Positions 42,869-52,259 of a DNA stretch of 64,000 bases are shown one piece after another; position 1 is the stretch's first letter; every line of letters starts with the position of its first letter. Source of the stretch: Acidimicrobiia bacterium (lineage in GTDB: Bacteria > Actinomycetota > Acidimicrobiia > Spongiisociales > ZC4RG35); NCBI GenBank assembly GCA_965203555.1, contig CBDBCY010000004.1, positions 512,001 through 576,000 of the forward strand, read 5' to 3'. Made by a program: the position numbers and the translations under genes. A model generated the notes under the pieces. It was not told the DNA's origin. It searched no databases and was given only the letters and a program-made list of their open reading frames with translations.

Positions 42869-43902
42869 CGGAACTGGGAGAGCACTCGGAGATCGTTGTC
42901 GAAGAAGTGGCGCAGCGGCGAGACACCGTGGCGCACCTGGGCAATCCGCTCCACTCCCATCCCGAACGCGAAACCGCTCACCTTGGATGGGTCGTACCCC
43001 ACCCACTCGAAGACATTGGGATCAACCATGCCGCACCCCAACAACTCGATCCATCCCACCCCTCCGCAGACCCGGCAGTCTCCTCCCCCTTCGCAGGCAA
43101 AACAGGAAGCATGCATCTCGGCCGACGGTTCGGTGAATGGAAAGAAATTGGGAAGCATGCGGATACGACGGTCTGCTCCGAAGAACTTCCTGGCAAAGTA
43201 AGCGAGCGTCCCTCGCAAATCGGAGAAAGTCAGGTTCTCGTCAACCGCCAGACCCTCTATTTGGTGGAAAACCGGCGAGTGGGTGGCGTCGGGGGTGTCT
43301 GCTCTGAACACCTTGCCCGGCACCACCACATAAACCGGAGGATCATGGTTCTCCATATACCGGGCCTGCATGGGGGACGTGTGGGTACGCAGCAGGATCT
43401 CATCGGCGGGATCTCCCCAGTCGAGGTAGAGAGTATCTGACTCCAACCGGCTGGGATGAGTGGGAGGAGTGTTGAGAGCGTCGAAATTGTAGATTCCCGA
43501 CTCTGCCTCCGGACCCCCTACCACCTGATACCCCAGTCCTATGAAGATGTCGCACACTTCTTCGATGGTGGAAGTGATCAGATGGGTGTACCCCTCCGGA
43601 TATCGGAGGGCCGGGAGGGTGACGTCCACCCGGTCGGCAGCCAACATCAAGCGTTCGCCATCAGCCTCAAGAGAATCCCGGCGTGTCGCTATCAGATCGG
43701 TGAAGGTGCGCCGCGCTTTTTGGATCGCTCTTCCCAGCCGGGGGCGCTCGTCGGGCGGCAGTTTGCCAATCCGTCTCTGCAGTCCCGCGATCACTGACCG
43801 TCTGCCCAACAGGTCGCTGCGGACCGCGTCGAGTTCCTCCAGGCTGGTCGCCCCCTCCACCAGGCCGGGGGCTTGTTCCATCAGAGCGGCAAGGTTTTCC
43901 AT
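42865..43902 (-). CDS. pheS: Phenylalanine--tRNA ligase alpha subunit
   Basis: LLRTHTSP, FHQIEG, FPFTEPS and GFAFGMGVER. Confidence 0.96.
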   Translation of the reverse strand: MENLAALMEQAPGLVEGATSLEELDAVRSDLLGRRSVIAGLQRRIGKLPPDERPRLGRAIQKARRTFTDLIATRRDSLEADGERLMLAADRVDVTLPALRYPEGYTHLITSTIEEVCDIFIGLGYQVVGGPEAESGIYNFDALNTPPTHPSRLESDTLYLDWGDPADEILLRTHTSPMQARYMENHDPPVYVVVPGKVFRADTPDATHSPVFHQIEGLAVDENLTFSDLRGTLAYFARKFFGADRRIRMLPNFFPFTEPSAEMHASCFACEGGGDCRVCGGVGWIELLGCGMVDPNVFEWVGYDPSKVSGFAFGMGVERIAQVRHGVSPLRHFFDNDLRVLSQFR

Positions 43903-43907
43903 TCCGG

Positions 43908-44696
43908 CTATAGGAGTTTAGAAAGCTCGGCGGCCTGATCAGTACAACCCTGCTTCCGCCCTTCTCGCAGGCGGGAGAGATGGTAGCAGATTATGGCCCC
44001 GGCCGCCGCCGCGTTCAGACTCTCCACCCTGCCCGACATCGGAATTGAGCACCCCAGGTCGGCTCGATCGGCATAGTCGGAGTGGATTCCGTGAGTTTCG
44101 TCGCCGATGACCAGCCACCATGCCCGATCAAAATCGAGCCGGTCCTCTATCTCGGCGAGGGGAAGACCACCCCGGGGAACGGCCGCCACCACCATCGCCT
44201 CAAGCGGGGGCTCGGCGGCCTGGCCGATGGCTGCCCGGAAGTGACCGCCGGCGCCGGCCCGCAGCACTTTGGGCGCCCACGGATCGACCGACGCACCCCC
44301 GGTCGCCACATCCCATCCGAAGGCCGAGGCAGTGCGGATCAATGTGCCGCAGTTGCCGGGTTCGGACACCAGCAGCAAGACTACGTCTCTGCATTCCAGG
44401 TTGCTTTTGGGAATGGTCAACACTCCTACCGGACCACGCGGGTTCCGGGTGCCGGCAATCCGTGACAGGGCTTCTTCGCTAACCGCAGTGACCGGTACCC
44501 CTCGCGGTTCGCAAAGCCTTCGGGTGTGCCGGTCGGAGGGTACGGCCAGCACCTCGGTTATCTCTTGCCCGGTCGCCAGCGCCTCCGCCAGCAGATGCGG
44601 TCCTTCGATCAGCGTCCTCCCGGTTCTCCTCCGTTCACGGGACCGGTGCAGCCGGGCCAGTTCGGCAATCCGGGGATGGCGCCGAGAGCGGATCAA
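43908..44696 (-). CDS. TrmH/SpoU family RNA methyltransferase
   Basis: [17 protein letters not shown] and ESLNAAAA; probable TTG start overlapping the rplT stop. Confidence 0.85.
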   Translation of the reverse strand: MIRSRRHPRIAELARLHRSRERRRTGRTLIEGPHLLAEALATGQEITEVLAVPSDRHTRRLCEPRGVPVTAVSEEALSRIAGTRNPRGPVGVLTIPKSNLECRDVVLLLVSEPGNCGTLIRTASAFGWDVATGGASVDPWAPKVLRAGAGGHFRAAIGQAAEPPLEAMVVAAVPRGGLPLAEIEDRLDFDRAWWLVIGDETHGIHSDYADRADLGCSIPMSGRVESLNAAAAGAIICYHLSRLREGRKQGCTDQAAELSKLL

Positions 44697-45043
44697 GCCT
44701 CTCTGGCGATCTTCACCAACTGGGAAAAGGCATCCGGATCGTGGACCGCCAGGTCGGCCAGGACCTTCCGGTTGACCTCCACTCCAGCCGAGTTGAGACC
44801 TGCCACAAACCGCGAATAGCTCATCCCGTTCTGGCGGGCGGCAGCATTTATGCGAGTGATCCACAATCGCCGGAAGTCGCCCTTACGAGCTCGACGGTGA
44901 CTGTACGAGTCCACCATTGCATGCATTACCTGTTCGTTGGCGGCTCGGAAGGTACGACTGCGGGCACCTCGGTAACCCTTGGCCCGCGCAACCACCCTGC
45001 GGCGGGAACGACGAGCGGAAGGGACGTTCTTTGCTCTTGCCAT
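44693..45043 (-). CDS. rplT: 50S ribosomal protein L20
   Basis: AKGYRGARS and [14 protein letters not shown]. Confidence 0.96.
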   Translation of the reverse strand: MARAKNVPSARRSRRRVVARAKGYRGARSRTFRAANEQVMHAMVDSYSHRRARKGDFRRLWITRINAAARQNGMSYSRFVAGLNSAGVEVNRKVLADLAVHDPDAFSQLVKIAREA

Positions 45044-45055
45044 TATTGCCGCCTC

Positions 45056-45250
45056 CTAATTCCGAATCATCCGACGTACGATCCTCTCATCGCCGGACGC
45101 CAGTCCATCGGTACCGTTCAATCGCCGGAACCGGTTCTTGCCTTTGGCCAAGCGGTAGTGGCCTCGCCCAGCCTTGCGTCGCATCAATTTCCCCGACCCG
45201 GTCTTCTTTATACGTTTTGCGAGACCTCTATGGCTCTTCTGTTTAGGCAT
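45056..45250 (-). CDS. rpmI: 50S ribosomal protein L35
   Basis: MPKQKSHRGLAKRIKKTGSGK. Confidence 0.95.
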   Translation of the reverse strand: MPKQKSHRGLAKRIKKTGSGKLMRRKAGRGHYRLAKGKNRFRRLNGTDGLASGDERIVRRMIRN

Positions 45251-45288
45251 CGGGTCCTCCTGGATTTGATGTTGTCGTCAGAGGAGAT

Positions 45289-45843
45289 TCATCTCCTCTG
45301 CCTGTGTCGTTGCTTATTCCTGCCCCTACCCGACCCATGACTCAGCGGGGCCAGCATCATGGTCATATTGCGTCCCTCCATTTTGGGCGCCTGCTCCATG
45401 ACCCCGTCCTGGCTGACGGCGTCGGCCAAGCGGGCCAACAGCTTCTGACCGTATTCCGGCCTCTCCCGCTCCCTGCCGCGAAAGCGAACCGTCAACTTCA
45501 CCTTGTCGCCTCCCGACAGGAATGCGACGACCTTGCGAGTCTGCATCTCGAAGTCATGGTCTTCGATGCGGGGCCTGAGCCGCAATTCCTTGATCACTGT
45601 CCGCGACTGGCTCTTGCGCGCAGCCCTTTCCTTGATGGAACGTTCGTACTTGAAGCGTCCGTAATCCATGAGGCGGCAGACGGGCGGATCGGCCATGGGG
45701 GCAACCTCCACCAGATCCAGGTCCAACTGTTCCGCCAGCCACATGGCCTCCTCCCGCTTCTTGACCCCGATCTGTGCCCCGTCCGGCGCCACCAAGCGAA
45801 CCACAGCCGCTTTTATTCCATCATTCACTCGAAGTTCTGCGAT
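45289..45843 (-). CDS. infC: Translation initiation factor IF-3 (non-canonical ATC start)
   Basis: LDLVEVAP.ADPPVCRLMDYG and KVKLTVRFRGRE; AGGAGG 7 nt before ATC at 45843. Confidence 0.93.
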   Translation of the reverse strand: MAELRVNDGIKAAVVRLVAPDGAQIGVKKREEAMWLAEQLDLDLVEVAPMADPPVCRLMDYGRFKYERSIKERAARKSQSRTVIKELRLRPRIEDHDFEMQTRKVVAFLSGGDKVKLTVRFRGRERERPEYGQKLLARLADAVSQDGVMEQAPKMEGRNMTMMLAPLSHGSGRGRNKQRHRQRR

Positions 45844-45849
45844 AGTGTC

Positions 45850-45994
45850 TCCTCCTGTTTCAAGAGCCTGCGCCAAGCAAAAGAATCCGCTCCCAAGAAC
45901 CACGGCTCACCTGGCGGCGGCCGGGTGGGAAGCAAAACAGCCTCCGCTTCGTATAGCAAGCCGACAGTATAACCCGGCCCGGAAGATTGTCCAA
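45850..45994 (-). promoter_or_regulatory. infC operon promoter and L20-leader-like 5' UTR
   Basis: TTGGAC-17 bp-TATACT (-10 at 45971-45966). The leader GAAGCGGAGG..GCUUCCCAC..GGGAGCGG resembles L20 autoregulatory leaders. Confidence 0.55.
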
Positions 45995-45996
45995 GC

Positions 45997-46701
45997 TCAC
46001 CTTATCTCGGACCGGAGAGCCTCCACCACGGCCCGGGCGGCCTGGGCGCCGGCATTTGCCTCGGGTCTGCTACGGGCCACCGCCTGTTCCCACTCCGAAA
46101 CCGCCAGAACAGCGTTCCCAACCGGAACGCCCGTGTCGATCTGCAGCTGGATCAGGCCCTGGACCGCTCCGTCAACTACGGAGTGGAAGTGGTGAGTCTC
46201 CCCTTGCATGACCACCGCAGTGGCCACCACGCCCTGACACCCGGCCTGGATCAATCGGCTGGCCCCCCAGGGAAGTTCCCATGCTCCTGCGACGTCCAAG
46301 CGGACAATATTCTCTGGTTTAATCCCCATTTCCACCAGCGTCTCACGGGCGCCGTCACCCAGCCGGTCTGCCACCGGGGCGCTGCCCACTTTATCAAAAC
46401 GGGCCATAACCAACCCCACCTTCGGCTCCCTCCGCGCCCAGGGCAACACGATCAGCCATGCCAGTCCAATCACAGAACTGATGAATACGCCGATCCCCGC
46501 CATACCGAACACCAGAAAGAAACTCCATGCCAGATCGTCTCTTACCCACAGCAAGCCCGCCAGCACCAGCACCGAGATACCCAGCCAGATGACAGTGATG
46601 GATATTGCCACCCTTCTATAGATCTCAAAGTTGGGCGACCTGCGGTATCCGAACCCGATGTTGGCCAGACGTCGGTAGAGATCAGTACTTCCCGGAAACA
46701 C
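45997..46701 (-). CDS. ribH: Lumazine synthase (RibH) domain fused to two N-terminal TM helices
   Basis: VMARF, VAGAWELP, GETHHF, GVPVGNAVL and EQAVARS; ~90-aa N-terminal extension with two hydrophobic helices. Confidence 0.8.
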   Translation of the reverse strand: MFPGSTDLYRRLANIGFGYRRSPNFEIYRRVAISITVIWLGISVLVLAGLLWVRDDLAWSFFLVFGMAGIGVFISSVIGLAWLIVLPWARREPKVGLVMARFDKVGSAPVADRLGDGARETLVEMGIKPENIVRLDVAGAWELPWGASRLIQAGCQGVVATAVVMQGETHHFHSVVDGAVQGLIQLQIDTGVPVGNAVLAVSEWEQAVARSRPEANAGAQAARAVVEALRSEIR

Positions 46702-46737
46702 AGGACAAAATTCTAGCCGCGATGCCTGTCGGCAGAT

Positions 46738-47514
46738 TCAGAGCCTGCGCCACGTATCCAAAAAATCGCGCACCCCTTCGGCGTGATCCGAACTTGCCGT
46801 CAACTCTCTCCAAATCCGCTCCGTGTCCTGATTGTCGCCTGTCTGGCCTTTAGCCACCATTCTCATCATCTCTTTCATCGACCGCAGGGACGTCTGAGAC
46901 ATGCTGCACACCAGTGCCAAAAGACCGTCGAGCTTCGATTGGAAGGACTGTGGCTCATACAACGCCGACAGGAGCCCGATCCGCAGCGCCCGCTCGGCGT
47001 TGAATACCTCTCCGGTGAACAGCAGCCACTTTGCGTGGGTCTCGCCGACCGCCGCCACCAGAGAGCGCAACGCTGCATACGGGAAGGCCAGCCCAACCCG
47101 GGCGGGGGGAAGACTGAAGCGAGCGGTTTGATCGGCCACCCGTAGGTCGCAGACCATGGAGATCGCCGCCCCGCCCCCCATGCAGACGCCCCGGATGGCA
47201 GCCACCGTAGGTTTTTTCATATCGGCCACCGCCGATATTCCGGCCGTTACCGTCTCACCGTTCTCCACGCCGCTCTCGCCCTGGGACAGGCGCTCCGCCC
47301 ACTCCGCCACATCAGCGCCCGCGCAGAACACGGCGGAATCGGCGCCCCTGATCACCATCACCTTGGTACGGTCGTCCAAGTCGGCTTCCCGGGCCAGATC
47401 GGCCAGTATCGACCACATCTCATCGCTGAAGGCGTTGCGTCTCCGCGGCCGATCAATTATCAGGTGGGCGACTTCGTCTCGGCGCTGCAGGTATAGGGAT
47501 CTTGACTTGCCCAC
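46738..47514 (-). CDS. Enoyl-CoA hydratase/isomerase family protein
   Basis: RRNAF, FCAGAD, CMGGG and PARVGL. Confidence 0.88.
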   Translation of the reverse strand: MGKSRSLYLQRRDEVAHLIIDRPRRRNAFSDEMWSILADLAREADLDDRTKVMVIRGADSAVFCAGADVAEWAERLSQGESGVENGETVTAGISAVADMKKPTVAAIRGVCMGGGAAISMVCDLRVADQTARFSLPPARVGLAFPYAALRSLVAAVGETHAKWLLFTGEVFNAERALRIGLLSALYEPQSFQSKLDGLLALVCSMSQTSLRSMKEMMRMVAKGQTGDNQDTERIWRELTASSDHAEGVRDFLDTWRRL

Positions 47515-47524
47515 CGAAGCGAGA

Positions 47525-48100
47525 CTACTTGCGGGGCACGCGGCCCAGTAGATAAAACTCGGGATTGGGCATCATGTGGCCCAGATGGGCCAGTCTGTTG
47601 GACATGGCAAAGAAAGCGGTGATCGCCCCGATTTCCCAGATTTCGTCGTCGGTGAAGCCCTGCTCGTAGAGAGGCTGGTAGTCGCGGTCCTCGATCTCTT
47701 CGGGAGTGCGGGCCAGTTTTACCGCGAAACGGAGCATGGCGCTCTGTCGGTCCGAAACGGGGGCCGTTCGCCAGTTGGCGGCGACTTGATCGGAGATGAG
47801 CGGGTCACCCGATCGGATGCGAAGAATCGCCCCGTGGGCCACTATGCAATAAGGACATTCGTTGGCTGCGCTGGTGGCAACCACAATCATCTCCCGCTCA
47901 ACCTTCGACAACCCCTCCTCCCCCTCCATCAGAGCGTCGTGATAGGCGAAGAAGGCTCTTGCCTCCTCCGGTCGATGGCCCAGAGCCAACATTACATTGG
48001 GAGTGAATCCCAGTTTGGAATGGACAAATTCGGCCCTTTCCCGCAGATCGTCCGGCAGCTCGGATATGTCGGCCATCGGGAAACGGGAATTATCAGGCAT
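47525..48100 (-). CDS. AhpD-like peroxidase-related enzyme
   Basis: EREMIVVATSAANECPYCIVAHG and FFAMSNR. Confidence 0.9.
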   Translation of the reverse strand: MPDNSRFPMADISELPDDLRERAEFVHSKLGFTPNVMLALGHRPEEARAFFAYHDALMEGEEGLSKVEREMIVVATSAANECPYCIVAHGAILRIRSGDPLISDQVAANWRTAPVSDRQSAMLRFAVKLARTPEEIEDRDYQPLYEQGFTDDEIWEIGAITAFFAMSNRLAHLGHMMPNPEFYLLGRVPRK

Positions 48101-48200
48101 AACCGCCTTCTAGCTGGGTTGAGAATGGATCAGCCGGGTTTCATTTCGCCGACGCGTCGCATCTATTCTACGCTCCTAAGCAACCCTGAGGGAGACTAAA

Positions 48201-49643
48201 ATGTCCACACCAGCCGAAGTATCGGCCCTCGCTCAAGAATACGAGTTTGTTGATCTTCGTTTCCCGGACCTGCCGGGGAAGATGCATCACTTCACCATGC
48301 CGTCCAGCTACCTGACCGAAGAGTCCTTCGAGGAGGGCTTCGGATTCGATGGTTCGTCCATCCGTGGCTTCCAGACCATCGAGGAGTCGGATATGCTGCT
48401 CATTCCCGATCCCTCCGTCGCCTTCGAGGATCCTTTCTTCGTGCGCAGCACCCTGGTTGTGAACTGCTTCATCAAGGATCCGATCACCGGAGACTGGTAC
48501 CACAAAGATCCGCGGCGCGTGGCAAGGAACGCCGAGGAGTACCTGCTCTCCACCGGCATCGCCGACACCTCCTATTGGGGTCCCGAAGCCGAGTTTTTCA
48601 TCTTTGACTCCGCCCGGTTCTCCCAGGTCGGTCATCACAGCAACATGTCCTTCTACGAGGTGGACTCCGTGGAAGCCGCATGGAACTCGGCGCAGCAATG
48701 GAACTCGGCGCAGCAGGAAGACGTAGGCAACCTGGGACACAAGATGCGCCACAAGGAAGGCTACTTCCCGGTACCTCCCAACGACACCCAGCAGGACATC
48801 CGTTCAGAGATGGTCGCCCAGATGCTCAAAGTGGGAATTCCCATCGAGATACATCACCATGAAGTGGGAACCGCCGGCCAGGCCGAGATCGACATTCGGT
48901 ATGCGCCTCTGCTTCTGCAAGCCGATCGTTTGATGATCTACAAGTACATCTGCAAGAACGTGGCCAAGCAGGCGGGCAAGACCGTCACTTTCATGCCCAA
49001 GCCCATCTTCTCGGACAACGGTTCGGGGATGCATACCCACCAAAGCCTCTGGAAAGACGGCGTACCGCTATTTTATGAAGAGGGTACCTACGCCAACCTC
49101 TCCGACATGGCCCGCTGGTACGCGGGCGGTTTGATCGCCCACGCTCCGGCCATTCTCGCCTTTGCGGCGCCCGGAACCAACTCCTACCGTAGATTGGTGC
49201 CCGGTTTCGAAGCTCCGGTCAACCTGGTGTACAGCCAGCGCAATCGCTCCGCTGCGATCCGGATTCCCACCTACTCGGAAGCGCCCTCCGCCAAACGGCT
49301 CGAGTTCCGCTGCCCTGATCCGTCCTGCAACCCCTACTACGCCTTCGCCGCCATGCTGATGGCGGGGCTGGACGGGGTTCGCAATCAGATCGAGCCGGGC
49401 GATCCGGTCGATGTGGACCTGTACGAACTGAGCTCCGAGGAAGCTGCCGGACTGAAGACAGTTCCCGGAACCCTGGACGAGGCATTGGACGCCTTGCAAG
49501 CCGACCACGCTTTCCTGACCGAAGGCAACGTATTCTCCCAGGACCTGATCGATACCTGGATCTCCTACAAGCGGGAGAACGAGGCCAGCTTGGTGAGGCG
49601 CCATCCGACCCCGGTGGAGTACGAGCTCTACTACGACATTTAA
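48201..49643 (+). CDS. glnA: Glutamine synthetase type I
   Basis: [34 protein letters not shown] and adenylylation-site DLYEL. Confidence 0.97.
   Translation: MSTPAEVSALAQEYEFVDLRFPDLPGKMHHFTMPSSYLTEESFEEGFGFDGSSIRGFQTIEESDMLLIPDPSVAFEDPFFVRSTLVVNCFIKDPITGDWYHKDPRRVARNAEEYLLSTGIADTSYWGPEAEFFIFDSARFSQVGHHSNMSFYEVDSVEAAWNSAQQWNSAQQEDVGNLGHKMRHKEGYFPVPPNDTQQDIRSEMVAQMLKVGIPIEIHHHEVGTAGQAEIDIRYAPLLLQADRLMIYKYICKNVAKQAGKTVTFMPKPIFSDNGSGMHTHQSLWKDGVPLFYEEGTYANLSDMARWYAGGLIAHAPAILAFAAPGTNSYRRLVPGFEAPVNLVYSQRNRSAAIRIPTYSEAPSAKRLEFRCPDPSCNPYYAFAAMLMAGLDGVRNQIEPGDPVDVDLYELSSEEAAGLKTVPGTLDEALDALQADHAFLTEGNVFSQDLIDTWISYKRENEASLVRRHPTPVEYELYYDI
48680..48715 (+). repeat. Perfect 18-bp tandem duplication within glnA
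   Basis: atggaactcggcgcagca x2, giving [12 protein letters not shown]. Confidence 0.95.
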
Positions 49644-49660
49644 CCGTCACCCTGTCTGCA

Positions 49661-49704
49661 GAAAAGGACGCATCTCCCCTCGGGAGAGCGTCCTTTTCCT
49701 TTTT
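49661..49704 (+). terminator. Intrinsic terminator after glnA
   Basis: gaaaaggacgc-a-tctccc / gggaga-gcgtccttttc stem followed by a U tract. Confidence 0.85.
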
Positions 49705-49766
49705 CGGGACCTCTGTTGCCGGTTCAGAGGTGGAAGAACGCGGCTAGTTAGAAGTCGCAACAAGAG

Positions 49767-49838
49767 CGCCCTCGGCAGGACTCGAACCTGCGCACCCGGT
49801 TCCGGAGACCGGCGCTCTATCCCCTGAGCTACGAGGGC
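49767..49838 (-). tRNA. tRNA-Arg(CCG)
   Basis: Cloverleaf with anticodon arm CCGGU-CUCCGGA-ACCGG and T loop UUCGAGU; CCA not encoded. Confidence 0.95.
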
Positions 49839-49905
49839 ATGGCTGTCCCCCCAAGGCTAGCCCCACCGACAAATAGCGGAATCAGAAAAAATACCTCCCT
49901 TTTGC

Positions 49906-49985
49906 TTGACAAAACGTTAGATTGCCCCTAGCCTTAATGGCTTGTGAGACCCAGCAACAGAGACATGCTTGTGAAAGTGTTCACA
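49906..49985 (+). promoter_or_regulatory. whiB promoter with downstream CRP-type box
   Basis: TTGACA (49906)-17 bp-TAGCCT (49929); TGTGA-aagtgt-TCACA at 49970-49985. Confidence 0.75.
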
Positions 49986-50008
49986 ATCGTAAGCTTGGAG
50001 ATGACCTC

Positions 50009-50290
50009 TTGAACACGACCATAACCATCACCGATTGGAGGGAGTCGGCCGCTTGCCTTGACTCCGATCCCACCCTGTTTTTTCCGGTGGGCAGCACCGG
50101 ACCTGCCGTTGAGCAAATCGCAATGGCAACTTCCATCTGCACCAGCTGCCACGTAATAGAAGACTGCCTGCAATACGCCTTGGAGACGAACCAAGAATCG
50201 GGCGTGTGGGGCGGCTATTCGGAAGATGCTCGTCGCAGACTGCGGAAGCGCTGGCTAGCCAAACGGCGCCGCCAACACCTGGCCCGTTAA
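50009..50290 (+). CDS. WhiB family Fe-S transcriptional regulator (WhiB1/WblE-like)
   Basis: Four Cys (C, CxxC, C), FFPVGSTGPA and GVWGG; GGAG SD before TTG 50009. Confidence 0.9.
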   Translation: MNTTITITDWRESAACLDSDPTLFFPVGSTGPAVEQIAMATSICTSCHVIEDCLQYALETNQESGVWGGYSEDARRRLRKRWLAKRRRQHLAR

Positions 50291-50517
50291 CCCCCCGGGG
50301 TGAATCCAACCCCCGATCGACTGCCGGGGCTGTCGAATTCGACAAACGCCAGCATCTGTCTCGGGATGCCGATTTGGGTGCCGTCGGAATCTTCAATCCA
50401 CAGGATCGGGCGACCCTTTTCGAACACTTCCTCAATCGCTGAACGCACCTTCGCCGTGTCCTGACTTTCGATCTCCACCACTCGGCTGGTGTGGGCGACT
50501 CCGATTTTGATCTTCAC
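50287..50517 (-). CDS. DUF3107 family small actinobacterial protein
   Basis: VKIKIGVAHTSR, LAFVEF and GVGF pattern. Confidence 0.75.
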   Translation of the reverse strand: MKIKIGVAHTSRVVEIESQDTAKVRSAIEEVFEKGRPILWIEDSDGTQIGIPRQMLAFVEFDSPGSRSGVGFTPGG

Positions 50518-50641
50518 TTCCGTAATACTTCCCGTTCCTGGCGCTCGCCCGATGCTACCAGTCAAAAAGGCTGTATCGGTCGCGAAGAATTCCGGCCACC
50601 TCCACTGGCAGGTCCGAGCCGGCCGAGTTCACACTGAGGGA

Positions 50642-51457
50642 ATGAAACAAGATATCCACTCCGCCGCACCTGCTCTGGTCATACTGTCCTTCTCCGCCGC
50701 CTCCACTTTCGGTCTTCACCAACTGGGAGATGTGCCCTGGCTCTCTGTCGAATGGTCGAATCTCAGCCAATGGCTCGACGGCACCCCGCCGACCGAGGCT
50801 CTTATCTCCGCCTTCCGGCTGGTTGGCCTGGGGTGCGGATGGTGGATCCTTGTTTCCACCTGTTTCTACCTGCTTGCTCGATTGCGCAGGGCAACGGCTG
50901 CAATGCGCATGGCAACTCTCATCACACCGCCGTTCATTCGCAGCCTGAGCGCCCGGGTAGCTGTGGGCGCCGTGACGGTCACGACCCTGGGAAGCACCCT
51001 CCCGGCCGTTGCCTCCACCGACCACCCTCCGATGACCGGTCAATTCGATTCCCATCCGGTTCCGCTGGGGGTATCGCACCCCCCTCCGGTCGTTACGCAC
51101 CAGGCACCCGAACCCCGCCGCTTCCGATTTCCTCTCCCGTGGTTGAATCCGGTCGAGACCGCCGACCAGCCCATCGAGGCACCGGACATCGCGGAGGGCA
51201 GGATACCTTTTCCCATCCCGTACCATCCCTCCCGCATCGCACCTGCCGACAGCTACCGGATCGTGGCGGGAGACAACCTGTGGAGCATCGCCCGGCGGGT
51301 GCTGTCCCAAGCGATGGATCATCACCCCACCACCGAACAAATCACCTCCTATTGGGTGGATCTGATCGAGGCCAATCGGGAGAACATTTCGTCCGAAGAC
51401 CCCGACCTCATCTATCCCGGCGAGCGAATCCTGCTCCCCGACATTCGCAAAGTCTGA
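50642..51457 (+). CDS. Membrane protein with C-terminal LysM domain
   Basis: N-terminal TM segments, Pro-rich linker, YRIVAGDNLWSIA and DPDLIYPGERI. Confidence 0.85.
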   Translation: MKQDIHSAAPALVILSFSAASTFGLHQLGDVPWLSVEWSNLSQWLDGTPPTEALISAFRLVGLGCGWWILVSTCFYLLARLRRATAAMRMATLITPPFIRSLSARVAVGAVTVTTLGSTLPAVASTDHPPMTGQFDSHPVPLGVSHPPPVVTHQAPEPRRFRFPLPWLNPVETADQPIEAPDIAEGRIPFPIPYHPSRIAPADSYRIVAGDNLWSIARRVLSQAMDHHPTTEQITSYWVDLIEANRENISSEDPDLIYPGERILLPDIRKV

Positions 51458-51847
51458 CGGAACATCCCACTCCGCTTCCAGCGCCACCCCATGCCGTTGG
51501 ATGATAACTTCGATACCTCGACTAATGGACCGTCGACCCGACCAGTCCTTCAGGCACGAAACAACGCTACTAAATCGCGAAAAAACACTTCAGATTCTGG
51601 GCTCAGTGCCCACCCCCACCACCACCGCCATTTGGTCAAGACACGCTTCGGCCAGTCTCGAGGTGGGACCTTTCTGCAATATTTGTCCCGTGGTCGGCCC
51701 GATTGACGTCCTATCGGGCCGATTCGGTGGATCTTCTGTCTCTCGCATCAATATGCAGTACGGGCGGGACGTAATTCAAATACGGACCAGGGCTTTTCTT
51801 ACCAGGTTCATCGTTCGGGAGTAGGCGGGCGACCAGGACGGACGCCT

Positions 51848-52252
51848 CTAGCCGGGAAGGAAACTCATCCTGATTTTTCTCACCGGATTATCCCGATTGG
51901 GGTCAACCAGGAGCACTGATTGCCATACGCCCAGCGCCGGGCGCCCCTCCAGGACCGGAAGCACCAGGCTGGGAGAGACCAAAGCCGGCATCACATGATC
52001 CCCTCCGTGACCCGGGGAGCCATGCCGGTGACGCCAATCCCCCCTGCGGGGCAGGATCCTCTCCAGAACCGTCATCAGGTCTCGATCGCTTCCCGCCCCG
52101 ACTTCGATCACCGCCAGGCCGCAGGTGGAATGGGGTGTGAAAACCGACAACAATCCGTCGCCGCGGGAGCGGCAGAACTCCAAAACCTGCGATGTCAGAT
52201 CGACTACCGCCGGTCGCCCACCGGTGCGGACTTCTAATACCCGTGTGTCCAT
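51848..52252 (-). CDS. YjbQ family (secondary thiamine-phosphate synthase-like) protein
   Basis: PHSTCG, WRHRHGSPGHGGDH and LGVWQ. Confidence 0.85.
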   Translation of the reverse strand: MDTRVLEVRTGGRPAVVDLTSQVLEFCRSRGDGLLSVFTPHSTCGLAVIEVGAGSDRDLMTVLERILPRRGDWRHRHGSPGHGGDHVMPALVSPSLVLPVLEGRPALGVWQSVLLVDPNRDNPVRKIRMSFLPG

Positions 52253-52259
52253 AACTGTT

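Noticed and set aside
48120-48200. GlnR box upstream of glnA (and amtB)
   Set aside because: Only a partial GAAAC half-site match, too weak to call.
51460-51845. Short ORFs in the gap between the LysM gene and yjbQ
   Set aside because: No motif, RBS or convincing structure found by eye; left unannotated.
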